64,000 bases of DNA from a virus (IMGVR_UViG_3300025357_000008:106262-170261); one strand, 5' to 3'; shown: positions 45,938-56,619, numbered from the stretch's first letter. Notes: generated by a model not told the origin, from the sequence alone. Numbers and translations are program-made.

Positions 45938-46011
45938 GCGTGGTTAGTTTAATGGTAGAATTAGAGCCTTCCAAGCTCAAGACAGGGGTTCGATTCCCCT
46001 ACCACGCTCCA
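45938..46011 (+). tRNA. tRNA-Gly(UCC)
   Basis: Loop CTTCCAA, U73-CCA. Confidence 0.92.
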
Positions 46012-46027
46012 ACATTATAAGGTTATT

Positions 46028-46333
46028 ATGATTCAAATATTGAAATTGGTTACAGGTGAAGAAGTTTTGGGTGAAATCACTAAGACCGACAAAATCCTCA
46101 CAGTTAAAAATCCGGTAGGTGTCGTTGCCGTTCGTGGTAAAGATGGGCAACCGAACATCGGATTTTCACCATTTCCACTACATGCTGATCCAGTCAAAGA
46201 TTTAACTATTGACTTTTCGGTCGATTCTGTAGTATACTCATACACACCAGCACAAGATTTTATTGATAACTACAATCAAATCTTCGGTTCAGGCATCGTA
46301 CTTCCAAAACCAAAAGAAATTATCCTAGGATGA
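46028..46333 (+). CDS. Conserved hypothetical protein (Sm-like)
   Basis: ILKLVTGEEVLG...YNQIFGSGIVLP. Confidence 0.6.
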   Translation: MIQILKLVTGEEVLGEITKTDKILTVKNPVGVVAVRGKDGQPNIGFSPFPLHADPVKDLTIDFSVDSVVYSYTPAQDFIDNYNQIFGSGIVLPKPKEIILG

Positions 46334-48879
46334 ACTTTTACACAAGCGTTCACGTTATCGGCAATAACGTAATGTTTCGAGGTATCAGAAATGGTAAAAG
46401 AGTCAGACAAAAGATTGAATACTCACCATCTCTGTATCTTGAAACAAAAAAAGATTCCAAATACAAAAGTCTGCAAGGTCTAAACTTAGAGCAAAGAAAA
46501 TTTGAAACTATCCGTGATGCTAGAGACTTTCTAGACGGTTGGCGAGATGTTTCTAATGCACCTAAGATATATGGTCAGGCTCGTTTTGAATATGCTTATA
46601 TCACAGACCATTACCCTGGTTTGATTGATTACGACTTTGAGCATGTAAGAGTTGCCGTAATTGATATCGAGGTCGGTTCAGAGAATGGTTTTCCTGACCC
46701 ATACGAAGCGACAGAACCCATCACAGCAATTTGTATTCAATGGGTCAATGGTAAGACCTATGTTTTTGGCTGTGGCGACTATGAGACTAAAGGTGACGAA
46801 ATTTATGTGAAGTGTAAAGATGAATATGACCTTTGCAAAAAATTCGTAATGCTATGGGCTGAAGATCCACCAGATATTCTATCCGGCTGGTACATGAAAG
46901 ACTTTGACGTACCATATCTCGTCAATCGTTTTAGACGTATTGTAGGCGAAGATTTCGCAAAACAACTTTCACCATGGAACATAATCAAAGAACGTAAGAC
47001 TATCATTAATGGTAAACAAGTTCTTTATTACGAATTACTTGGTGTCTCTTGTCTCGATTATATTGACCTATACAAATGGTATGCTCCTAACGGTAAGTCA
47101 CAAGAAAACTATCGTCTAGAAACTATTGCACAAGTTGAATTGGGTGAAGGTAAGTTATCGTATGATGAATATGATAATCTACACACATTGTATAGACTCG
47201 ACTATCAAAAGTTTATCGAATATAACATCAAAGACGTTGGTCTTGTAATGAGACTTGAAGAAAAGTTAAAGTTACTTGAACTTGCCATCTCTTTGACCTA
47301 TGATACGAAATCAAATTACGATGATGTGTTTGCACAGACTCGTATGTGGGATGCATTGACTTATTCTTACCTAAAAGAGAAAGATATCATTGTACCGCCA
47401 CGTATTGTTAAAGACAAAGATATGGCATTTGAAGGTGCGTATGTAAAAGAGCCTCAAGTAGGTTTCCATGAGTATGTTGTTTCGTTTGACTTGAATTCTC
47501 TGTATCCTCATTTAATGATGCAATACAATATCAGTCCTGAAACTCTTATTGAGCCTGAAGAATATGATGATGAAATGCGAGCCGTAATTTCACAAGGTAT
47601 TAATGTTGATAAACTTTTATCAAAGAGTATTGATATGTCTTCTTTACCAAAAGATGTTGTTATAACACCGAATGGTCAGTTCTTCAGTAAAAATATTCGT
47701 GGTTTCTTACCACAGATGTTGGAAGAGATGTATGAAGATAGAAAGAAGTTTAAGAAACTATACCTACAAGCAAAACAAGAACTAGAAAACGAAAAGGATG
47801 TCTCTAAACACTATGAAATTGAAAAGAAAATTGCAAGATATAATAATCTACAACTTGCAAAAAAAGTGGGTCTCAACTCTGCCTATGGTGCTCTTGGGTC
47901 TCAGTACTTTCGCTTTTTTGACCTTCGGTTGGCTCTGGCTGTTACTACGGCTGGTCAGTTAAGTATTCGTTGGATTCAAGATAAGATTAATGATTACATG
48001 AACAAACTGTTGAAGACAGAAACTGATTATGTAATTGCATCTGATACTGATTCAATCTATTTAAGACTTGGTGACTTGGTCAAAAAAGTTTATGGTGTGG
48101 ATGGTGAAGTATCTTTACCTAAAACTAAGATAATCGACTTTATGGACAAGGTTTGTAGAGACAAACTTGAGCCTTATATTGATAAGTCTTATAAAGAACT
48201 CGGTGATTATATGCAAGTGTTTGCACAAAAGATGCAAATGAAACGTGAATCACTTGCCGACAAGGGTATGTGGACTGCAAAGAAACGATATATTCTTAAT
48301 GTGTATGATAATGAAGGTGTTCGATATAATGAGCCAGACCTTAAGATTATGGGTCTAGAAGTTATTAAATCATCTACACCATCCGCTATCCGTGTTAAGA
48401 TGAAAGAGATGATTGCATTGATAATGAAAGGTACCGAAAAAGATATTCAGAAGTTCATCAAAGACTTCAAGAAAGAATTCAAAGCGATGCCAGCAGAAGA
48501 GATTTCCTTCCCAAGAGGTGTGAATGGTATAAAGAATTATTCTAATGCCGGTGGGCAACTCTATATAAAAGGTACACCTATTCATGTCAAAGGCGCAATT
48601 CTTTATAATCACTATCTAAAACAAATGAAACTTACCAAAAAGTATGAATTGATTAAAGAAGGTGAGAAGATTAAGTTTACCTATCTGAAAGAACCTAATC
48701 CATTCAAAGATTCGGTAATATCATTCCCAAGTCGTATTCCTGCCGAGTTTGGGCTTGACAAGTACATAGACTATGAGTTACAATTCGAAAAGACATTCTT
48801 AGGACCTATGCAGACAATTCTTGATTGCGTTGGCTGGAGGGCTGAGAAACTTAATACGCTAGAAGGATTCTTCAAATGA
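46330..48879 (+). CDS. gp43: Family B DNA polymerase gp43
   Basis: DIEV exonuclease, FDLNSLYP, KVGLNSAYG, SDTDS. Confidence 0.98.
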   Translation: MNFYTSVHVIGNNVMFRGIRNGKRVRQKIEYSPSLYLETKKDSKYKSLQGLNLEQRKFETIRDARDFLDGWRDVSNAPKIYGQARFEYAYITDHYPGLIDYDFEHVRVAVIDIEVGSENGFPDPYEATEPITAICIQWVNGKTYVFGCGDYETKGDEIYVKCKDEYDLCKKFVMLWAEDPPDILSGWYMKDFDVPYLVNRFRRIVGEDFAKQLSPWNIIKERKTIINGKQVLYYELLGVSCLDYIDLYKWYAPNGKSQENYRLETIAQVELGEGKLSYDEYDNLHTLYRLDYQKFIEYNIKDVGLVMRLEEKLKLLELAISLTYDTKSNYDDVFAQTRMWDALTYSYLKEKDIIVPPRIVKDKDMAFEGAYVKEPQVGFHEYVVSFDLNSLYPHLMMQYNISPETLIEPEEYDDEMRAVISQGINVDKLLSKSIDMSSLPKDVVITPNGQFFSKNIRGFLPQMLEEMYEDRKKFKKLYLQAKQELENEKDVSKHYEIEKKIARYNNLQLAKKVGLNSAYGALGSQYFRFFDLRLALAVTTAGQLSIRWIQDKINDYMNKLLKTETDYVIASDTDSIYLRLGDLVKKVYGVDGEVSLPKTKIIDFMDKVCRDKLEPYIDKSYKELGDYMQVFAQKMQMKRESLADKGMWTAKKRYILNVYDNEGVRYNEPDLKIMGLEVIKSSTPSAIRVKMKEMIALIMKGTEKDIQKFIKDFKKEFKAMPAEEISFPRGVNGIKNYSNAGGQLYIKGTPIHVKGAILYNHYLKQMKLTKKYELIKEGEKIKFTYLKEPNPFKDSVISFPSRIPAEFGLDKYIDYELQFEKTFLGPMQTILDCVGWRAEKLNTLEGFFK

Positions 48880-49859
48880 TTTTTTTAACTTTACTTACCG
48901 CTTTATCACTTTCCGGTGTAGCGGCATACTATTCAGTAATAGGACTTACTGCAATTTTCCCTGGTTCTTATTGGCCTATTATTGTAATGGGTTCTGTCTT
49001 TGAAGTGGCAAAACTTGTCACAATATCATGGACATATAGAAATTGGGAGACTGCACCGAGAAGTCTTAAAGCACCTTTTGTCACAGCAGTTGTTATTTTG
49101 ATGTTCATCACATCAATGGGTATCTTTGGGTATCTATCAAAAGCACACTTAGAACATTCAGCAGACTTAGGTCCTATTGTTGACAAAGTGGCAATCATTG
49201 ATGAGAACATAAAAGTTGAAAGGGAAAACATTGAAACTGTCCGTAAAAATCTCAAACAAATGGATGATAGCGTTGAACAAATTATGGGTAGAACGGATAC
49301 AGAAAAAGGTGCCGAGAAATCCAATTTTATACGCAACAGTCAGAAAGCAGAACGTAGCCGTCTACTTAACGAAATCACCGTTTCGCAACAGAAGATTGCT
49401 GTTCTCAATACTGAGAGAGCACCGATTGCGAACGAGCTTAGAAAGGCAGAGTCGGATTTTGGGCCGATAAAATATATTGCAGAGTTAATCTATGGTTCTG
49501 GTGACCGAGATGTGATTGACAAAGCAGTTCGTCTAGTCATAATGTTAATTATGATTGTGTTTGACCCATTAGCAGTATTGCTTTTAATTGCCGCTAATCG
49601 TTCTATCAAAGAACAATATGATGAGATGTCAGTTAAGAAGTGGTTCAAAAAAGAAGAACCTAAAGAAGAACAGAAACCAACAACGTTTGTAAATGAAGTC
49701 ACACCGAACATAACAACACCTCCGTTATGGACAACAGTTCAAGTTGATAAAGAGAATATAGCAAATATAGCATCACCTGGAGTCGCATCGACTACATATG
49801 ATTATTCAGTTCCTTTTGCCTTTGAAAAGGCGAAAGATATAGCAAGTGGTAAGTTTTAA
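48876..49859 (+). CDS. Multi-TM coiled-coil membrane protein
   Basis: Three N-terminal TMs, coiled coil, GPIKYIAE, VFDPLAVLLL. Confidence 0.65.
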   Translation: MIFLTLLTALSLSGVAAYYSVIGLTAIFPGSYWPIIVMGSVFEVAKLVTISWTYRNWETAPRSLKAPFVTAVVILMFITSMGIFGYLSKAHLEHSADLGPIVDKVAIIDENIKVERENIETVRKNLKQMDDSVEQIMGRTDTEKGAEKSNFIRNSQKAERSRLLNEITVSQQKIAVLNTERAPIANELRKAESDFGPIKYIAELIYGSGDRDVIDKAVRLVIMLIMIVFDPLAVLLLIAANRSIKEQYDEMSVKKWFKKEEPKEEQKPTTFVNEVTPNITTPPLWTTVQVDKENIANIASPGVASTTYDYSVPFAFEKAKDIASGKF

Positions 49860-49871
49860 TAGGAGAACATT

Positions 49872-50081
49872 ATGGGAAAAGCGTTAGAGAAAGCAACAAT
49901 TAGTGAGAAGTTGGCAAAAGTAAATGATAGTTTTACTGTCAACATGTATGACAATGGTTTTATGTTTGAAATCTCTGGTCGTGATGATACAGATGATTGG
50001 AAAAGCGCAAAGATTGTTGTGAATACAATTGAAGACCTAGTAGACTTAATCAATGAGGCACAAACTCTACCAAGAGATTAA
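49872..50081 (+). CDS. Small hypothetical protein
   Basis: AGGAG RBS; 69 aa. Confidence 0.6.
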   Translation: MGKALEKATISEKLAKVNDSFTVNMYDNGFMFEISGRDDTDDWKSAKIVVNTIEDLVDLINEAQTLPRD

Positions 50082-50084
50082 TCT

Positions 50085-51155
50085 ATGAGTATACTTGAGA
50101 AGTTAAAGAAGAACACCAGTATCAAGGAATCTGCTGTTCTTTCTAAATCTAAGTTCTTCACAGAGAAGGACATGATTCCTACTTCAATTCCTATCATCAA
50201 CGTTGCACTTAGCGGTGCACTTGATGGTGGGTTAACACCTGGTCTCACAATGTGGGCCGGTCCTTCAAAGCACTTTAAAACTGCTTTTAGTCTTCTAATG
50301 GCAAAATCTTACTTAGACAAATATAAAGATGCGGCTCTCTTATTCTACGATAGCGAGTTTGGAACTCCTCAGTCTTACTTTGACTCGTTTGGTATTGACA
50401 CTAATCGTGTTTTACATACACCACTTACTGACATCGAACAGTTAAAGTTTGATATTATGCAACAGTTAACTCAATTAGAACGTAAAGATAAACTGATTAT
50501 CATTATTGATTCAATCGGTAATCTTGCATCTAAGAAAGAAGTTGACGATGCATTAGAAGGTAAGTCGGTTGCTGATATGTCTCGTGCGAAACAAGTCAAA
50601 TCATTGTTTAGAATGGTAACACCTCATCTGACAATGAAAGATATACCGATGATTGTTGTAAATCATACTTACAAAGAAATCGGTATGTTCCCAAAAGACA
50701 TTGTAGGTGGTGGTACAGGTTCTTATTACTCTGCGGATAACATCTTTATTCTCGGTAGACAACAAGAGAAAGAAGGCACAGAAGTTGTAGGTTACAATTT
50801 CATTATCAACGTAGAAAAGAGTCGTTATGTCAAAGAGAAATCTAAAATACCAGTTAATGTATCTTTTGATGGTGGTATTAGCAAGTGGTCTGGCTTACTT
50901 GATATCGCTCTCGAATCTGGTCATGTAATCAAACCTTCTAACGGATGGTATTCTAAAGTTGACCTTGATGGTGTTGTAGAAGACAAAAAGTATCGTTTGA
51001 AAGAGACTGATACAAAAGAATTCTGGACACCAATTCTTAGAAATGTAACATTTCAAGACTTTATCAAACAGAAATATCGAATAGCTACTGGTAATATTAT
51101 GCGTGGTGATATTGAAGAAGCATTTGCAGTAGAAACTACTAATGGTGCTGAATGA
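50085..51155 (+). CDS. uvsX: RecA-like recombinase UvsX
   Basis: GPSKHFKT, YDSEFG, DSIGNLAS. Confidence 0.96.
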   Translation: MSILEKLKKNTSIKESAVLSKSKFFTEKDMIPTSIPIINVALSGALDGGLTPGLTMWAGPSKHFKTAFSLLMAKSYLDKYKDAALLFYDSEFGTPQSYFDSFGIDTNRVLHTPLTDIEQLKFDIMQQLTQLERKDKLIIIIDSIGNLASKKEVDDALEGKSVADMSRAKQVKSLFRMVTPHLTMKDIPMIVVNHTYKEIGMFPKDIVGGGTGSYYSADNIFILGRQQEKEGTEVVGYNFIINVEKSRYVKEKSKIPVNVSFDGGISKWSGLLDIALESGHVIKPSNGWYSKVDLDGVVEDKKYRLKETDTKEFWTPILRNVTFQDFIKQKYRIATGNIMRGDIEEAFAVETTNGAE

Positions 51156-51547
51156 TAGACTGTATGATTCTAGGTGATAGCATTGCGGTCGGGACTGAAA
51201 TGTTCCGACCTGAATGTGTTGCATACGCTAAAGGTGGTTGGAATTCTTGGCAATGGAAGAAAGATTATCTTCAAAATGATTTGACTGCTAACACAGTTAT
51301 CATTAGCCTTGGTTCTAACGACCACAAAGGTGTTAAGACTAGAGAAGAACTAGAAATCATCCGTGGTAAAATTAAAGGTAGCAGAGTATTCTGGATTCTA
51401 CCGGCAATCAAGCCTAATATTCAACAAATCGTAAAAGAAATTGCTGAAGAACATGGTGACACAGTTCTACCAATCACAAAATTACAACCAGACGGTATAC
51501 ATCCTAGTTGGGCGGGTTATAAAGAATTAGCCAGAGAAACAAAATGA
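51152..51547 (+). CDS. SGNH/GDSL hydrolase
   Basis: GDSIA, LGSND, DGIHP. Confidence 0.85.
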   Translation: MIDCMILGDSIAVGTEMFRPECVAYAKGGWNSWQWKKDYLQNDLTANTVIISLGSNDHKGVKTREELEIIRGKIKGSRVFWILPAIKPNIQQIVKEIAEEHGDTVLPITKLQPDGIHPSWAGYKELARETK

Positions 51548-51864
51548 CAGAAGGTATTGACTATTGCTTTATCTATCCTAAAAATGATAAAACGGTAACT
51601 CACATCAAACTTTTAGATGGTGAATACAAAGATACCGTTTTTAAATATGGTAAAGTAAAAATAACGGAAGAAATAGACGGACCCCATTTACATTTTGCTT
51701 TCGATGTGTTAGAATCAACAGTCAAGAAGCCTAAAAAACTACAGAATGATGTTAATTTCAAACAGTATCTTGGTGATATGTTAGTTGAATTAATGAGTGA
51801 TAATATTGACGAGGAAATAATTGATGAGACTAGAACAGACGATATTAAGGAACCTGATTTATAA
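51544..51864 (+). CDS. Conserved hypothetical protein upstream of helicase
   Basis: 106-aa ORF, translationally coupled. Confidence 0.55.
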   Translation: MTEGIDYCFIYPKNDKTVTHIKLLDGEYKDTVFKYGKVKITEEIDGPHLHFAFDVLESTVKKPKKLQNDVNFKQYLGDMLVELMSDNIDEEIIDETRTDDIKEPDL

Positions 51865-53194
51865 TGAAGAGTACATTCGCAAGGTACTCCCTTTCCTCAA
51901 AGATGAGTACTTCTCGGATTCAATTGAGAGGACAATTTTCAAAGAACTCAGCGCATTTGTTTCAAAGTACAATACTACACCAACGATTGAAGCAATTGGA
52001 TTGGCCATCAAAGAGAGGAGAAATCTCTCAGATGCTGAAGTGGAGAAGTCAGAATCTTATCTACAAGAGATTGTATCGTCTAAGGGAGAAGAATCCAAGA
52101 TTCAATGGCTTATTGAAAAGTCAGAAGCCTTTTGTCAAGAAAGGGCAATCTACAACGCAGTATTGGGGTCTATTTCTATATTGGACGGTAAGGACAAAAC
52201 AAATGACAAAGGTGCGATACCCAAAATATTATCGGACGCTTTATCGGTAAGTTTTGACAATTCAATTGGGCATGATTACTTGGAGAACTCTGATGAACGA
52301 TACGACTTCTACCACAGAAAAGAAGAACGAATTCCGTTTGACCTCGACATGTTTAATAAGATTACAAAAGGAGGTCTCCCGATTAAGACTCTTAATATTG
52401 CTCTTGCTGGCACCGGTGTTGGTAAGTCCCTTTTTATGTGTCATTGTGCCGCTGGAAATATGTCGATGGGTAGAAACGTTCTTTACATCACTATGGAAAT
52501 GGCTGAAGAACGTATTGCAGAAAGAATAGATGCAAATCTATTGAATGTGACACTTGATGATTTGTTAGATTTACCTAAAGAGACTTATGATAAGAAAGTT
52601 GCGAATCTTAAGAACAAAGTAACAGGTAAATTAATCATCAAAGAGTATCCTACCGCATCTGCATCATCACTACATTTCAGAACCCTACTTAATGAACTTA
52701 ATCTTAAAAAATCGTTTGTTCCAGATATCATCTATATTGATTATCTTAATATTTGTTGTTCTTCTCGAATTAAACCCGGTTCCAATATCAACTCCTACAC
52801 CTACGTCAAATCCATTGCAGAAGAGTTGCGAGGTCTTGCCGTTGAATTCGGAGTACCAATTGTTTCTGCTACACAAACAACACGGTCAGGATATGGTAGT
52901 TCAGATCCAGGACTCGAAGACACGAGTGAGTCTTTTGGTTTGCCAGCTACAGCCGACATGATGTTTGCCTTGATTAGTTCTGAAGAACTTGAAGGACTCG
53001 GACAGATAATGGTCAAACAGTTGAAAAATAGATACACAGACCCATCACAATTCAAAAGATTTGTTGTAGGTATTGACAAACCTAAAATGAGACTGTATGA
53101 TATTGATGATTCAGGTCAAACAGGTATCGTTGATTCAGGTATGCCATTTAAATCTGAAAGTCCTAAGAAAAAGTTTGAAGGTTTCAAGGTATAA
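51824..53194 (+). CDS. gp41: Replicative helicase gp41
   Basis: AGTGVGKS, IDYLNI, SESFGLPATAD, QLKNRY. Confidence 0.97.
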   Translation: MRLEQTILRNLIYNEEYIRKVLPFLKDEYFSDSIERTIFKELSAFVSKYNTTPTIEAIGLAIKERRNLSDAEVEKSESYLQEIVSSKGEESKIQWLIEKSEAFCQERAIYNAVLGSISILDGKDKTNDKGAIPKILSDALSVSFDNSIGHDYLENSDERYDFYHRKEERIPFDLDMFNKITKGGLPIKTLNIALAGTGVGKSLFMCHCAAGNMSMGRNVLYITMEMAEERIAERIDANLLNVTLDDLLDLPKETYDKKVANLKNKVTGKLIIKEYPTASASSLHFRTLLNELNLKKSFVPDIIYIDYLNICCSSRIKPGSNINSYTYVKSIAEELRGLAVEFGVPIVSATQTTRSGYGSSDPGLEDTSESFGLPATADMMFALISSEELEGLGQIMVKQLKNRYTDPSQFKRFVVGIDKPKMRLYDIDDSGQTGIVDSGMPFKSESPKKKFEGFKV

Positions 53195-53201
53195 ATAAAC
53201 G

Positions 53202-54026
53202 ATGGGAGTCAATACACAAGCACTAATAGACGAGAAGGCGGCCTTTAACAAGGTCAAAAAACTTCTTGGCAATCCACAAACATTTGCAGAACCTGCAGGC
53301 TTTGATGTAGGATTCCCTGACTTTGGTTTTTCAGTATTTGTCAATAAGAAACGTGTTGACTTATTCTTTGAATATAAATCAAGTTATAAGGCTCAAATGG
53401 GTTCAATGAGAAACTGGACATTTGAGAAAGGTGTTTTTGATGCACCGGATGCGGAAACTTCACAAGAAAAACAGCAACTGCTAGAAGTTATGAACGCAAC
53501 AAAAGCGGCAAAAGATAATGCTGAAAGATTGCTTGAAGACTTTCATAATTACTTTGACAATCCTAAAAAACCGATGTATAATATCACAAAGATTTCATCG
53601 GGTATGCTTTCAGTTGAAAAGAATCTTGCTATGAGAAAAGTTAGACTACAACACTTCTCAAACAATACTGAAAAGTTTTCAATTGCAAATATTGACAGCA
53701 GTAATCTTGGTGCTGAGATTCTAAATCACTATCACAAAAAGTTTATTAAGAATCTGAACAAAGAGGCAGACCATAGTATTCTTTTTATGATGCTAGATGA
53801 TACAGTTTGGTTTGTTGAAGAGACCGGTAATCTAGATTTAGCAAGTAAAAAAGATGTTGCAAAGATGTTTGGTACTGAAACAATAACTCACTTAAATACT
53901 CTTAAAGCAAAGTTAGAAGTTCGTATTCAACCTAGAGGTTTAACCGGTGGTGCAAAAGCACCTTCAATTGATGTTATGGCTTCTTTTAGATTATCAGCAA
54001 AACCAGCAGGCGGAGTTAAAATATAA
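53202..54026 (+). CDS. PD-(D/E)xK-like nuclease (late promoter)
   Basis: FPDF...FFEYK; TATAAATA at 53190. Confidence 0.5.
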   Translation: MGVNTQALIDEKAAFNKVKKLLGNPQTFAEPAGFDVGFPDFGFSVFVNKKRVDLFFEYKSSYKAQMGSMRNWTFEKGVFDAPDAETSQEKQQLLEVMNATKAAKDNAERLLEDFHNYFDNPKKPMYNITKISSGMLSVEKNLAMRKVRLQHFSNNTEKFSIANIDSSNLGAEILNHYHKKFIKNLNKEADHSILFMMLDDTVWFVEETGNLDLASKKDVAKMFGTETITHLNTLKAKLEVRIQPRGLTGGAKAPSIDVMASFRLSAKPAGGVKI

Positions 54027-54307
54027 TGGCACTAAGCGAATTCGATAAGATACTACAAGAGTATAAAGACTCTGATGATGACTTTGGCTTCTCTACAGTC
54101 AGTAAAGAAGAGTATGATGCAGTTGTAAGCAATACAAAAGCACAGACAGTTGAAGATTATCAAAAGAAACTCAAAGAACTTGAAAAGATTATTATCCCGT
54201 TTCTAAACAAACTACATAGTACAGGAGACAAAGAATATATCTTCTGGCCTAATCGTAAACCTATCATCGAAGAACAGATAAAGAGAATACTACAACTAAC
54301 ACGTTAA
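54026..54307 (+). CDS. Conserved hypothetical protein
   Basis: DDFGFS, IPFLNKL, YIFWPNR. Confidence 0.6.
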   Translation: MALSEFDKILQEYKDSDDDFGFSTVSKEEYDAVVSNTKAQTVEDYQKKLKELEKIIIPFLNKLHSTGDKEYIFWPNRKPIIEEQIKRILQLTR

Positions 54308-54311
54308 TATT

Positions 54312-55037
54312 ATGAAACCTTTGGTCACAGTCATCACGCCTACTACGGGCAATCAAGTGGTTCGACAAGCAATCGAATCAGTGAAAAATCAAACTTACGA
54401 TAACATACAACATCTAGTTGTCACAGACGGCCCTCATGGTGCCGCTAAGATAATTTTAGATGATTATCCTGAGATTGACAAAATCAAACTACCTTATTCA
54501 ACCGGTAAAGACCAATACAACGGTCACAGAATCTATGGTGCAATGACATATATTGCTAAAGGCGATTTTCTTTGTTTCTTAGATGAAGACAACTGGTACA
54601 AACATAATCATATTGAAGAACTTGTAAAAGTTATTGAGAAAGGTAATAAGTGGGCATACACGTTACGTAAAATTGTTGACCAAGAGGGTAAATATATATG
54701 TAATGATGACTGTGAATCTTTGGGTAAATGGACTTCTGTTATCAACGACCAGTTCATTGATGTTAACTGTTATATGATACCAAGAGTAGCCGCTTTAGGT
54801 TTTTCACCGTACTGGTATCGTAGAGCAAGACATCCACAAGAACAACCAGAGGTTGATAGAATTCTTTCACCGTTTATGATGCAGAATTTCAAAGAATTTG
54901 ATTGCACATATGATTATACGGTGAATTACAGAGTTGCAAGTAGAGCAGATTCTGTACAAGCAGGTTTCTTTCAAAAAGGAAATGAAGTGATGTTAAAAAA
55001 ATATAATGGGAAATTACCATGGCAACAAAAGACTTAA
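54312..55037 (+). CDS. Family 2 glycosyltransferase
   Basis: VTVITPT, SVKNQTY, FLDEDN. Confidence 0.85.
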   Translation: MKPLVTVITPTTGNQVVRQAIESVKNQTYDNIQHLVVTDGPHGAAKIILDDYPEIDKIKLPYSTGKDQYNGHRIYGAMTYIAKGDFLCFLDEDNWYKHNHIEELVKVIEKGNKWAYTLRKIVDQEGKYICNDDCESLGKWTSVINDQFIDVNCYMIPRVAALGFSPYWYRRARHPQEQPEVDRILSPFMMQNFKEFDCTYDYTVNYRVASRADSVQAGFFQKGNEVMLKKYNGKLPWQQKT

Positions 55038-55888
55038 TAATCGGTGCATTTAAAGGTTACAATTTTAAACAAGTTGAACCTTGGGTTAAATCTCTAAACG
55101 AATGTGGGTTTGAAGGCGATAAAGTAATTATCTCTATCAATTCATCTGTAGAAACAAATAAAAAACTTCAAGATGCCGGTATGACTGTGTTACCATCACA
55201 GACTCCTGGTAACATGATGTTTCACATGGAACGTTTCTTACATATCTATGACTATCTAAGAACACATGGTGAAAATTATCGCTACATACTTACTACCGAT
55301 GTTCGTGATGTAATCTTTCAATCGGACCCTATGGATTATATTTCTAAGAGGATGCAAAATCCTTTGAATAAATTTATTGCCGTATCTGAATGTATTCAAA
55401 TAGAAAACGAGCCTTGGAATCGAGATAATATTATTAAATGTTTTAATGAATATACATATAATAATATCAAAGGTGAAGAAGTCTTAAATGTAGGAACTCT
55501 TGCCGGCAAATCAGAATATATTAGAGACTTATGCGGGATGTTATTTCATATGTCTTCTAATCGTGCCGATTGGGTTGCAGACCAAGCCGCCTATAACGTA
55601 ATGATGAATTATGAGCCATATAGAAGTCAATCTTTTGTTTCAGATTTAGATGAAGAATTTGCTTGTAACTTACATGTAACAAATAAACCGGATCAGATTG
55701 AACAATTTAGACCATTCCTAACATGTGGGGTACCAGAAATTACTGAAGATGCATTTGTTGTAACTGCAAAAACAGGAAGACCATATTCTATCGTTCATCA
55801 GTATGATAGAGTACCTGAATGGAAAAAAGCAATATTGAAGAGACTTGATATTGAAGATGCTGACGAATTTTTTACTTATAAGGTGTAA
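55019..55888 (+). CDS. Glycosyltransferase-like protein
   Basis: TDVRDVIFQSDP, LNVG, DQAAYN, HQYDR. Confidence 0.7.
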   Translation: MATKDLIIGAFKGYNFKQVEPWVKSLNECGFEGDKVIISINSSVETNKKLQDAGMTVLPSQTPGNMMFHMERFLHIYDYLRTHGENYRYILTTDVRDVIFQSDPMDYISKRMQNPLNKFIAVSECIQIENEPWNRDNIIKCFNEYTYNNIKGEEVLNVGTLAGKSEYIRDLCGMLFHMSSNRADWVADQAAYNVMMNYEPYRSQSFVSDLDEEFACNLHVTNKPDQIEQFRPFLTCGVPEITEDAFVVTAKTGRPYSIVHQYDRVPEWKKAILKRLDIEDADEFFTYKV

Positions 55889-55890
55889 AC

Positions 55891-56619
55891 ATGGGAATGG
55901 TAAGAGAGAGTTTGATACTATATAAATTAATTGATGATAATGATTTTTTAGATTTCTCTACAAATATTAAAGTTGCGGATATTGGTGCCCAAACAATACA
56001 TTTTGATGATAAACCATTCTTTGATATTATTTTAGAAAGTTTTGGCCTTGATAAATCAATATCAGAAAATTTTTATCACAACATGACAGCACGTTTCATG
56101 CATGAGTCTATGGGTTATACGTATGAAAGTTTTGATTTGGATTTGATTGATGATAAAGTTCATAAGACAGACTTAAATACCGATAAATGTAAACCAGAAT
56201 TTAAAGGTTATTTTGACCTTGTTGTAAATTTTGGTACAACAGAGCATCTATGTGGGCAAACAAATGCTTTTACTTTTATGCACGACTTATGTAGACCTGG
56301 GGGAATCTTAATAAGTACACTACCTTGTAATGAGCCAAATCATGGTTTCTTTTCTTATAGTCCTGTATTTTTTGAATCTATGGCACACGATAATGGATAT
56401 AATTTAATTGGTATATACTTACATGATGTTAGTGGTCTTGAAGCAGGACAATTAAAGCCATATACTGGTGCAGTTCCAAAAAAATATTGTTACATTAATG
56501 TAATAATGCAAAAAATAAATGATGCTGATTTCGTTGTACCTAAACAAGTTTTCAATAACGGTAGTTTTCCGGTAGCTTCAGCAACACATGGCGACACAAT
56601 TATATTTAGGACAGATTAA
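55891..56619 (+). CDS. SAM-dependent methyltransferase
   Basis: DIGAQ, FDLVVNFGTTEH, RPGG. Confidence 0.75.
   Translation: MGMVRESLILYKLIDDNDFLDFSTNIKVADIGAQTIHFDDKPFFDIILESFGLDKSISENFYHNMTARFMHESMGYTYESFDLDLIDDKVHKTDLNTDKCKPEFKGYFDLVVNFGTTEHLCGQTNAFTFMHDLCRPGGILISTLPCNEPNHGFFSYSPVFFESMAHDNGYNLIGIYLHDVSGLEAGQLKPYTGAVPKKYCYINVIMQKINDADFVVPKQVFNNGSFPVASATHGDTIIFRTD

Noticed and set aside
12041-48879. Introns or inteins in terminase, capsid or polymerase genes
   Set aside because: ORFs are continuous and of normal length
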